64,000 bases of DNA from NCBI RefSeq assembly GCF_964355755.1, contig NC_092677.1:23857175-23921174 (forward strand). Reading direction: 5' to 3'. Within the stretch, counting starts at the first letter, position 1; every line of letters begins with the position of its first letter. Shown in pieces: positions 26,838-38,720 of this stretch. The notes under the pieces were generated by a model. The model was not told the origin of the DNA and searched no databases. It saw only the letters and a program-made list of their open reading frames with translations. This stretch comes from Antedon mediterranea. Its lineage: Eukaryota > Animalia > Echinodermata. Both the position numbers and the translations under genes were made by a program.

Positions 26838-29800
26838 TTTATGCGATTGATCCTATGGGGTAGTGAAGTTGATGATTGTTATAGGCCTATAGATATTATA
26901 TATATTGCTGATTTCTCCTTTGTTATAATCTAAGTTGGAGTATTGAAATATTATTTTTATTGTTATGTATTAATCTAGATTTTATTTAACTTAAATCGTT
27001 CAGTAAAGATTAGAGAGATATTATTCAGTTTTGAGATTTAGTTCAATCAAAACAAATGTCACTAGTACCTCTACCAAATTTGTTACAAAGCTTGAAAGGA
27101 AACTTGGCATGGAGTAAATGTTAATATTCTTATAAGATGGCAGTAGTTTTAAATTATTTAATATCTTTTTAAAAGGCTGGGTGTTTTTTCATTGTAAATG
27201 TGCCGTCAGACAAGCGTCTAGTGTCTTCTAAATGAATGTCTCCATAATTTAGGTTCTACAGAAAACGAACTAGCCTACTTTTGAAGAGTCCGTAATTGAC
27301 TTACAAAAGTAATGCTTTCTGTTTTGTTTGAAGCGTCAGTTTCTTTCGATAGTTTTCGCCTCAGCCTATCAAGAACATTAGTGATGTGTCAATCAACCGA
27401 TAGACCCATCGAATTACCCTGAACTTGACACCTAAACCGATCATGCAGAAATGAACCTGGACGTCTTAACAGGTTTGGCTGCGGGACAAACGTCCATCAC
27501 CGGCCGTGGACTGGTTGTCTGCTAGGCATAGTGAACCGACACCTTTGCGCCAGATTCGCTCGGCTTCAGTTTCAGTATCTCACAGTATAGTATAAAGGGC
27601 TTGGTCGTTACTGTTGTATCGACTTCCAAACTTAAAAAGTAAATAAACTTTATTTGCATAGAAACAAAATTAATATATTATCATAGCATAATTGTAGTAT
27701 AACGTCAATTGGCCCACTGAGAGAGTATTACTTTAAAATAGGCTAAGGTTGTTTTTTTCGTTGTTGAAAGGGTCATTTTAATATAATAAAATTAAATAAT
27801 TATAATTAATTAATATTGTAGGCCTATTCACTTTGACAAAAAATTGGATTCTAAAAAAATTGTTAGCTGATGAAGTGATAATTTAAAGAATAAAACATGT
27901 CAACTGGAAGCCTATTTCCTTGATAAACTGTTTTTTTTTTCTATAAGCGAAATCATTGTTTTTGCTAATTTTATTGACTTTATTCAAACTACAAAATGCC
28001 TGTTTGAAGTTTGATTTTATCCATCTTTATTGTTTATTTTGAGATTTAACAGATATAAACTTATAGTTATTTTGTTAGTTAGGACCTGTGCCATTATTGC
28101 AAGTAATAAAACCGTATATTCGGTACGGTACTCATCATAATTATCATTATTCTGTATCATCACATTTTCTTGATATCATAATCACCGTCTCTGACGCCGT
28201 TTCGATATGTAACTGTATATTAGACTTTTCTTAATTTTGTCAATGTTGTGTGTGTGGTAATGATAGACATTGTCACTCGTGGTCACAATTCGATGGCGTT
28301 CTTTGAGGTCATTCAACTTTGCTTGTTTTTCTACGTAGGCCTACACCCCATTAAACAAGATGATCGGAACTTGACCATGGTCTTATAGGCCTGGCCTACA
28401 CTGATTAGTATATATTAGTGCTTATTAGGTCATGGTATATAAATTGTTCCAAATATCATAAATTATCATGTAGGCCTACTGTACGTTGCGATATACGATG
28501 TTAGCATTTTAAACATTACTCAATTTCTAAATTCCAACTATTTTTCCTTAAATTTGAATGTATGTTACCGTTTTTATACTTGAAAACTTCTTATATTTGT
28601 ATTATATATTTACTAGCATTAATTTCTCATGTAAACAAATAAATATATTATTACTCTTACTTTTAGTTCTACACCTAATTCTCCTACATTTTAACTGTTT
28701 TATTAGAACAAAATCAACTAGATATCTAGGTAAATATTTTTTTTTTCTAAAATTTGTTTTTAACATATTTAATTTAACTTTTAGATAGGCACAAACAATG
28801 TCAAATTGATTACACAAAACACAAATAAAATGTAGGCCTATGATAATTCAAATCTCTAACGCATACTTTAACTTGCGTACAACTCAACTACAACCCTTCG
28901 ACTAAACGTTTTGAATACATATAAATACAGTATACCATTGGATTAACGGTCGTCGACTCTATCAATTTTAATCGACTGATATAAGCATACTATATGCTAT
29001 TTTTAATTAAAAATCTTACATTGGGAATATACCTTATTAATTATACTGTGATGTGACGACGTATGTCGATGACAACATTCTTCGCAACCCACAAACACAA
29101 CTTTCCAGTAAAAAGAAACCCCAAAAACCGCCAATTCTTTTTTTTTCTAGAAATTTTGAGGAATTATTCACTAGCTTATTTTTAAAAAGAATCTACAGTA
29201 TATCTGTCGATAAACTAATGAGAGTCATGAGAAATAATGAAGATTAAATGGCGCCATGTCAGGTCGTCGTCTGACAAAATATGTGACCATCTTGGGCAGA
29301 CGATGATGGGTTATGAGATTGAGTGTTTTGGAAAAACTTTTCGTTGGTGTAATCCCAAAACAGATCTTTCATCATTCAATGTACAGTAGCCTCTCACTGG
29401 ACATTCACTTTGGGGCAAGATATTGTTTGTATCCGTCCGTGTATGCTTCTACCGCTGCTGTAGAAATGTAGCACCCAGGCTAGATTCCAGCCTTCATTTC
29501 ATGTGTTCAATTTTGGTTCATTATAGATTTACACAATTCATAAATTGTTGTGTAGGCATACAGTACTTCAAATTATCAAATCTAGTGTGATTTGTATTAA
29601 GGCCTTTCAACTATATCCAAAGAGATTGGACAATACAGAAGGCCTACTAAATGTAGGCCTATCATTATTTGCTGCACGTCTGAGTTATAGGCCTAGACTA
29701 AATTGTATTTGTAACTGAAAAGTCTAACTTCTCCAGCCACTGATGCCCTATTTATGGTCTTCTTCATAAAATGTCGTTTGATTCGTATTGTCCTCATTGG

Positions 29801-30246
29801 TATGCTCACATATTAGACATCGGTAGATAGTCAAAATGATAATTAGTTAGATTTAGGTCTATCCCATATTTACATTTTTTATGTAATATTATCTGTAATA
29901 TTATCTTATAGGTTTCTCATCTTTGTTAAAAGAGTTACCCTAAAACCTGAACAACCGGTATCCCGGATAGTACCAGTTTAGTTTATTGGTAGGCAGTTTA
30001 GTCGCACCTTTTCTAATTCAGCAGGTATGTAATGCTTAAGGTGTGGTTCTTGTATAGCGCTGTGGACTCAGGTATTAGCATATTACCCTTCCCATGATCT
30101 TCCATCCGGTACTGCTTCTCACTTTCTACTGAGTTCCACACCAATGCCCTGAGAAGGGGGTGGGGTGGAGAGTTAAAGATTTCATACACTGCTATATTGT
30201 ACACACGCACCTTATTATTCTCTGTACTATTATTATATCCATGTAT

Positions 30247-30508
30247 AGCCTGGTTTCCATAAAATCGCTACACGACAGAGCGTAGCGATTCTATGGAAAC
30301 GCTAGAAGGTATCGGGGATCTAGTACGCGAGCGCTAAATATTCTTTGGTACGCGTATACGATTCATCGCCGACAAAATCGGCAAAGTTGAACATGGTTGA
30401 ACTTGACTCTGCGATGAATCGGTGAGCCTTCCCGATTGCATCGGCGACATCTGCTCGTGTAGCTCAAACGCTGTAGCGACGGTGTAGCGATTTTATGGAA
30501 ACCAGGCT
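30247..30508. mobile_element. MITE (262 bp), 27-bp perfect TIR, 3-bp TSD (PIF/Harbinger-like)
   Basis: TAT|AGCCTGGTTTCCATAAAATCGCTACAC ... GTGTAGCGATTTTATGGAAACCAGGCT|TAT. Confidence 0.9.
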
Positions 30509-30993
30509 TATCGCATAGGCGCAATCATGTAGGTGTAATGATTATCCTATGATACAAGATAAATGTGAGAGATATGTTACACTGTTTTGCGAAATTTGCC
30601 ATGATACGGAACAAATTATAGATACATGACAATTTAACGACGCGCGTAGAGTCACTACAAAACGGTTAGCGTCGATCTTTATCAATAAAATATTACTTAT
30701 CCCGTTTTTGGATGAACTTTTTTTTATCTAACAATAACACAACCGGTTAAAACAGCCACATGTACGTGAAGATCTTTGCAATATAATGGTTGAGTTTATT
30801 TATAAAGCAAGACTTATCAACGAGAATAAGTCAGAAGACGATCAATCATTTAGATAACCGTGTGGGGAAATAATGCTTGAATTGACTCTCCGCAAGGGGG
30901 ACCAAAAACATTCCAAATTGCTCTCGCTTTAACTTTTTAGTATTGTTTATTCTTTAAAATGCTTTTTTATAGACCGGTGTAAATTAGTTAGAC

Positions 30994-31023
30994 CATGGAG
31001 AAATAAGGACTTATTTCTCCATG
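30994..31023. mobile_element. 30-bp hairpin with P-element-like termini and a degenerate 7-bp TSD
   Basis: GTTAGAC|CATGGAGAAATAAG-GA-CTTATTTCTCCATG|GTTTTAC; same terminal 11 bp as 13965-14003. Confidence 0.6.
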
Positions 31024-32476
31024 GTTTTACTAATACAGTGTATCCGAAGTTATTTATTTGGAGGGGTTTTTCTGTTTAAATGCGCAAAATATCAAAAGTT
31101 TAAACAGAGGGCATTTCAAAGTATATTTACAGATTTGGCGGTAATAATATAATATAGGACCAAACTATAAAGTAGGCTAACCGTATTTCCAATCAAAATT
31201 TTTTTTCTTGTCGTTTATATCTTTCAATTTTGAAAATTCGAATTACGTTTTACGACGTATAGTCACATTTTAGTACTTCCGCTATTCTGTAGACCTCTAG
31301 TAATTTTGTCATAATTTAGATGTATGTGTAAATTTCATAAATATATATTTCAAAGCTGTATCAAACAGCAGACCAAGCCTATAACGAGATAACCTTGCAG
31401 GCGATACATTACGTCTGAATCTGTGTACAGTATTACAGAATTATGATACTTGACTTAATGATAAATGTATGGGATATACAGTAGGCTACAGAGAATTGCT
31501 ACACGTCGGACGAACACGTGACGTCATAGCCAAATTAGCCTAATTGTTTGCGTATCTTACTGATTTTAAAGAGTATGCCTATGTCGTTGATGGTTCGAGC
31601 GTGAGAAAACAACAAACAATTTTACCTGTAATTTCATAACTTTGCATTTCCCGGACTTTCCCTAAAATATACACACGTGTCTTCGTGTCTGGAAAACGGA
31701 TCCGCCTTTTATTATTATACCTTCGTCGCTGCTTTGTAATGCGTGTATAATAACGACAATGACGTCATGATGTCTGAAATGTGTTTTTTTACAACGCACA
31801 ATATACTTATAAACAATATATGTTCACATACGGGTGTTTGTCCAAATGTCAGAATAGCCGTTAATGTGGCGTAGAGGAAGCAGGACGCACACAATAAGAT
31901 TTATGTTAATGGGCTATTAGGCTACTGAATCTAGCATTTGAGCGGAACAAAATTGTAGGCAAATGTTTTTCAGTTTTAAATGAGTGTATATGTTGTCCTG
32001 GTCACGTACAACAAATCAACCTTTTGTCATCCACCGCCTTTCTATGTAAATAAGCATAAATATGCAAATTAGGTATAAAACACATGTTTTCAAGATGTCT
32101 CCTAAACTAATAATAGTCCAATCATTATAATTTTTTGGCAAACCCTATGTTTTCATACCCAATGGACACATTCAAAGCATTTCCAGTTATCAAATATCAT
32201 GTATCAACAGGTAAAAATGTAATTGAAGTCACGCTTGAGTGATTTTATCTAAAAAGGCATTTTTTTATAGAAATATAGGGTCTATTGGCCTAACGAGCAA
32301 TCATTTATATTATTTTATGAATCAAAAGCCATATTAACAGATCACTAATGACCTTTTGTATGTGATTTCATTTGTAAATTGCATCATATTGACTGAAATG
32401 TATGTGTATTTAATAGATAGAGATACGTCAGTACTATACATACTACATCCTTCTTCTTTCTAGTTACCTCAAGTTA

Positions 32477-33117
32477 GGGCGGATTGCTATAAGCGGTCTT
32501 AGCGCTTAGCCGGCTATAATTCGTAGCAAGTAGTCTTATATAGACCATTGCTATACCGCGGTCTAACCTGTAAACGGTCTTTAAAATTAAAGCCTACTCG
32601 AAGGAGTCTTAAAACAGTCTTAAACCTCTATTTCTTTTGCTTTTACGTATTATTTATCGTCTAAAGACAACCAATTGAACGATTTTTAAGTGTTAAATCA
32701 AATAATAACGGTGATTTTATTCTTATATAGGCCTAGAATAGATTTTCATATAAATGTACGTACTGTTATGATTGTGAATTTAATAAGCGTGACAAACATT
32801 ACCTTATTTGGTATTCTACGCGCAAAGTACGACCTCAATTTGTTCCTTTACGCGGTCTTATCTAAAGCGTAGTTCCCACTAGCGACGCAACACAAGGACG
32901 TAACGCAACGCATGTGAATTGACCAATCACAAGCGATGGCTTATTCGCTTGTGATTGGTTAAAACACTTGCGTTGCGTTTACGTCCTTGCGTTACGTTCT
33001 AGTGGGAACCAAGCTTTAGACTGTTTTATAGCAATGGTCTAACAGGGGCGTCTATCTGATAAAGCCGGATTTAATCGGGAAGTTAAGACCATCAGTTAAG
33101 ACTATTTTATATCAGCC
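32477..33117. mobile_element. Older palindromic MITE-like element interrupted by a family-A MITE
   Basis: Left-arm TAGACCATTGCTATACCGCGGTCTAA (~32541-32566) is inverted relative to TTAGACTGTTTTATAGCAATGGTCTA (~33016-33041); repeated GGTCTTA/TAAGAC modules. Confidence 0.55.
32865..33016. mobile_element. MITE family A, internally deleted copy (152 bp)
   Basis: Same TIRs and body as 13032-13212, lacking about 29 bp internally. Confidence 0.9.
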
Positions 33118-35719
33118 TAGAGTCCTCTACATGATTTCCACAAGTTACAGTACGTTCTTATTCTACTGCAACATTTATTTTGATCCAGTAGGTTTATATC
33201 CTTATTCACAATTACACAAATATATGATTATTTGTTCATTATTTGTTATCTATATACAAAAATTACTTCAGAATTACATAACATATAAAAAAATATATTT
33301 ATAACAATTTCCATAAAGATAAATAAATATATAAAAATAATAATCCTGGCACGCCAGTGACATTGCAACAACATTAGATTTATTACACATTATTAACTTA
33401 ACATTCATCAAACAAACGAATTATTCGTGCTAATAGATTATGTAATGATAATCTTAATGCAAATGCGTATTTCTCTAGATCTTAAATATGTAATTGAAAC
33501 AAGTTTACATAATTTTAATGTTCTTTGATCGAAACTTGACAGTAAAATGCAAACAAGAAAACTTAAAATTATAACGGAAAACTACATAAAAACTATGTGG
33601 GAATATCCCCAAAATGTCAACCAAACCATATACAATAGTTTTTATTATGTGATCTATATAAATTATGATATATAGAAAGATGGATATGGATTAGATAATG
33701 AATTACCAAGATTCAAGCATATATTCACATTACAGTATTCCCTACACACACAAAAAAAACAAGAAAAAATCAGAGAAAAAAAATGTTTAGTTTGTGAAAA
33801 AAAAAATGATCTAGCTTTGAAAGAAGCAATTGTTGCTTTTCAGTTGGTAGGTTCTATATTTTAGCTCCTGAAACTTTGAACGACGAGTTCATCTTACTAA
33901 TGGTATTGTTAATGTTATATGTATATGATTATATTTCTTATCTGTCTATTATTATTTAATTATTTAATTAATTTAAATTACGTTTTATTGCTATTATTGT
34001 TTTTGATTCACACCTTAAAACCAAGGCAATCTATAACAATATGATGCTGAGCTCCGGAGATCAAAGTGTTTATCATGGCTGCGACACGATCAGTTGCTGG
34101 TATTTGTCGCAGCCAAACATAAGATCAAAGGACTGTTACGGTTTCCTATCTTGGCAAGGTTTCACATGCGACAGCATATCATTATTATACCCTACCTTAC
34201 CTCCCATTATACAAACACCACATGATACTGTATTACGGAATTTGCCTGGGCAATTATTGGCAAATCTGCAAATGTCCCATTTTGAATACACATGTGTAAG
34301 CCTAGTATAATATAGTAGTAATCCCATGTTGTCGACAAGTTACTTGTATAACTTCCCTGTGGTTAATAATATACTTTACGGCCAATGAACTTCAGGTTAT
34401 TAAGAACAATAATAATAATCATATTTTTCCGGATTACTGACCCAATTACTGACTAATAGTAAATAATAATAATATTTAACAATTATGACATAATTTAAGC
34501 ATTATCTTTGCCCGGTTCAAACCTTCTGTTAGCCTAGATTTTTATATTTAAGAAAATGTTCTCAAAAGTTACCAGATTCTTTATTTTGGCCGTAATTATG
34601 CTGTCAATTCTGATTGTATACTATTGAATATTTAGAACTTTTAAGAATTTATGCCGCTGATCTAAAATTTGTTCAAGTAAAGTTTGAATTTAAGATGGTA
34701 ATTTCTTTTGGAATCTTCTGGTAGAAAAAAAAATTAAAATTGCATATATTATATAATTATCTGTAGGCCTATAATTAGGAAAACAATATTATTTATTTAT
34801 TTTAGTACATTTTCATGAGATGTTACTATTTGTAGATTGTTCATTATTAAAGCACATACCTTTTGTTAAATGCTCCATTGTTTATGACCTTTTCGAAATA
34901 AGTATTGACCATTAATTTAGGCGTGTAATATTGATTTTTTTTTAAAGTACGGAAGTTTGCAATATAAATTGTACTTTGTTACATCCTCAATGAGTGTCCA
35001 GAAACTATGTATCTGAAACGGAACTCGCGGTATAGACGCTTACGTGCACTAGAAAAAGCAGACTATTTCAAAATCGTATTAATAGGATAGCACAAGGAAT
35101 AAACAGTGTGATTACGACGTCACTATTTATAATTGTTACAGTAAAGATACTTATTTATATATAATGACTGCATACAGTTAACTCTGGTGTAGTTTCACTA
35201 GTCTCAGGGGTACACTCATTGACGTGCTATATTCTTGTAATAGTTTATGCGGGAAGCACCGGTATATGGTGTGTTCTGTCGGCATAGAAGATTCCGAAAT
35301 GTCCAACTTTAACCCAATGGTGTCCTGATAAATTCGACCGACTGCACTCAGTGAACCGAAGAGTCTTCCCGGTATTATATAGGAAATGATGGGTTTACCT
35401 GAACCATTGTGAAATTAGAACAGTGCTATGGAAGGCAATTCTCGCCTCGATAATCAACAAATAGCGTAACTTATTTCGCAGGTGAACATACCAATGAACC
35501 TTATTGCTTTTGTCCATTGTCTGTATAAGACAAGTACATCAGTAACATTCATTCATCATCTCGGAGTGCAATAGGACCTTTCGTTTTATGCGTTACGTGA
35601 CTACGCAACTGTTCAGTCATTCTGCACATCCATATCATTATGCTGACAATTACATCAACATCGTATTTGTTTCCTCATCACCTTACTGTTATCTTTCTTA
35701 ACATTATCATACACCACCT

Positions 35720-36183
35720 CGTCGTCATCATATCATTTTCATCATCTTCATCTTCTTTTTCATCATCTTCATCATCATCTTCATCGTCTTCATTTTCATC
35801 ATTTTCATCTTCTTCTTCATCGTCTTTATCATCATCTTCATCATCATCTTCATAATCTTCATCATTATCTTCATCACTTTCATCATCATCTTCAGCATCT
35901 TCATCATTATCTTCAGCATCTTTATCTTCATCATCATCTTCATCATCATAATCATCATTATCTTCATCTTCATCATCTTCATTATCTTCATTTTCATCAT
36001 CTTCATCATTATCAATATCAATATCATTGTCATCATCATCTTCATCATCTTCATCTTCATCATCATCTTCATCATCATCATCAAAATCATTGTCATCATC
36101 ATCTTTATCATTTTCATCATCTTTATCATCTTCATCCTCTTCATCTTCATCATAATCTTTATCATCATCACCAACTTCATCAT
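35720..36183. repeat. Degenerate trinucleotide (CAT/CTT)n microsatellite, ~460 bp
   Basis: Directly visible; it generates the poly-Ser and Met/Lys ORF-track artefacts. Confidence 0.92.
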
Positions 36184-36318
36184 TTCACAATAATTCGAAT
36201 CAACAACATGTCGTCCCTTCCATGTCGGATAACAAGAAATACAAACTTTGACAAATTTATTTTTAAATTGTTCAAAAAAAGTTCAGCTTTTCTGGAAATT
36301 GTTAAACAATGTTTATTT

Positions 36319-37352
36319 ATGCTTTGGTATTAGAAGGGTAAGGGCGTAGATTCGATGCGTTGAATAGGCCTACAGTGGTTTTTATAACTAGTATAATTGT
36401 ATATACTTTTAATTGTAACATACCAACTTTATTTTAATAAATTTATAGCAATTATTAAAAGAAATAGTATACAAATAATGAATATTTACCAGTTTGATTG
36501 TGAGAATATTTCATGAGTTGAAAAATCGACTACTCTATATTTTTCATCGAATGACATATTCAATATAATACATTCATTATTTGTTTTATAACACATTCAA
36601 TTTATCCATCGTAATAAATCATTGAGGAACTCTAGGCCGGGAAGGCATGCCATTATAAAGGCGGTGCTTCAACTTTTAGACGCGGAGTAGAACAGACGAC
36701 GCGCACAACAAGTTGGTTTCCAAATGCGATCAGCCAACAAAAACGTCGCGTGTCAAATATTCTCAAAATATTTATATTCAGAGTGTTAATTCTCACCATT
36801 AGATATCACTTTTTATATAGATATGGCTAATTCTAATGCTTTGGTATTAGAAGGGTAAGGGCGTAGATTCGATGCGTTGAATAGGCCTACAGTGGTTTTG
36901 ATAACTAGTATAATTGTATATACTTTTAATTGTAACATACCAACTTTATTTTAATAAATTTATAGCAATTATTAAAAGAAATAGTATACAAATAATGAAT
37001 ATTTACCAGTTTGATTGTGAGAATATTTCATGAGTTGAAAAATCGACTACTCTATCTTTTTCATCGAATGACATATTCAATATAATACATTCATTATTTG
37101 TTTTATAACACATTCAATTTATCCATCGTAATAAATCATTGAGGAACTCTAGGCCGGGAAGGCATGCCATTATAAAGGCGGTGCTTCAACTTTTAGACGC
37201 GGAGTAGAACAGACGACGCGCACAACAAGTTGGTTTCCAAATGCGATCAGCCAACAAAAACGTCGCGTGTCAAATATTCTCAAAATATTTATATTCAGAG
37301 TGTTAATTCTCACCATTAGATATCACTTTTTATATAGATATGGCTAATTCTA
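36319..37352 (+). repeat. 517-bp near-perfect tandem duplication (36319-36835, 36836-37352)
   Basis: Both units run ATGCTTTGGTATTAGAAGGG...GGCTAATTCTA; only about two substitutions seen by eye. Confidence 0.95.
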
Positions 37353-38720
37353 AAATGACACGTGATGCGTAATTGACCTATCAAATTGCAAAAATACAAT
37401 TGGTGTGTTAAAAACAAATATATTGCATTCGAAAACGATAAAATGCATGCAATGGAAATTGATTGATAATGGAGATTATGACTTGACATGTAACCATTCA
37501 AAACTAGTAATGATATGTTTCTTTAATTTTCTTGGGGGTTTTCACTAATTTCACACTATTTTAATACAGTACGTAATACTATAGAATTATTTTATCATCG
37601 ACCTTCATATTTTTTTTTTTTTGAAAATTTTCAAATGTTGTTATTAGGGAACCTTTGTTGTATTGTTACTACAATTGGTGGTCCATTTTTGTGTGGAAAA
37701 GAAGTAAATAAATAACACAAACAAAAATTGTCTTCCCTAAACATAGTGATTTTTCAACAACAAAAATCATAGCCATAGTCACAATTGTTATTGTCCAATC
37801 AGATCAGCATCATAATTATCAATTTCCTTTAATCATCACTATCATTATCACGCCATTGACAATCATCATTATTTTGATTACCACAAGAAGAATAGAAGAA
37901 AGGCGGTCACTATTGGTAAATCTTGATAATAATAATAACTGCACTTCCAGTGATCCCCCTGGTGGCAATGAACAGCAATTAATGAACTCCATTAATCTTG
38001 TCTTTAATTGTACCTTTCGCACTTTTCCACTGGTTATTGACAAAGACAAATCGAATACAATAACTTCACTAACCAATCCATCATCCCGGTTTTCAGAGTC
38101 TGGGTTCGCTAAAGAAAGAAAAATATTTTGCAGGCAGTTTCATCGCCTCACATAATCGTGCCGACAATGCATTAAATTCGAAATTTAATTCTCTATAATG
38201 CGTTTAAGGTTGACGTTTGACCAATGGGAGACGTGCAACTTTCCGTTGATCAGTCAATAAACACAACTGTCTGTCATCAAAGCATGTTAATAGTAGACGA
38301 TCATTACACTCCAGAGAATATTATCATGGTTGGTTTCTTACATACCTTCTCTTTTGTGGGCTGGCTTGAGGTTCAATCGTATATATTGTACTGTATACCA
38401 TCTTTTTATCGAGTGTGTGTCCACTGAGAATAACTTTTCTTTGAAACCGAATACTCTTTCCACATTTGTTATTCAATCGTAGGCCATACGCCTAACCTAT
38501 AAAGCCTAACCACGACATAAAAATATAGTTACAAATTGTATCCAATACCTGTCTGTAAATTATTTAGGACTTGCTTCTAAAATTCATTATAGTGTTAATC
38601 AATTTCTGATGATAAATCAATAAATGAATCAATCCATAAAAAACAAATCGATCGATTAATCAATCAATCAATACATATATAAAGTAATCAATCATTACAT
38701 ACATAAAACATACAATCAAT

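Noticed and set aside
5230-26933. Similar ORFs 5230-5472 and 26649-26933 (AGPPxSLMTFPPRLLCLYL) as a duplicated small gene
   Set aside because: The similarity is the antisense reading of two RTE 3' fragments.
35640-36183. Poly-Ser ORF (+) and Met/Lys-rich ORF (-)
   Set aside because: These are translations of a trinucleotide microsatellite.
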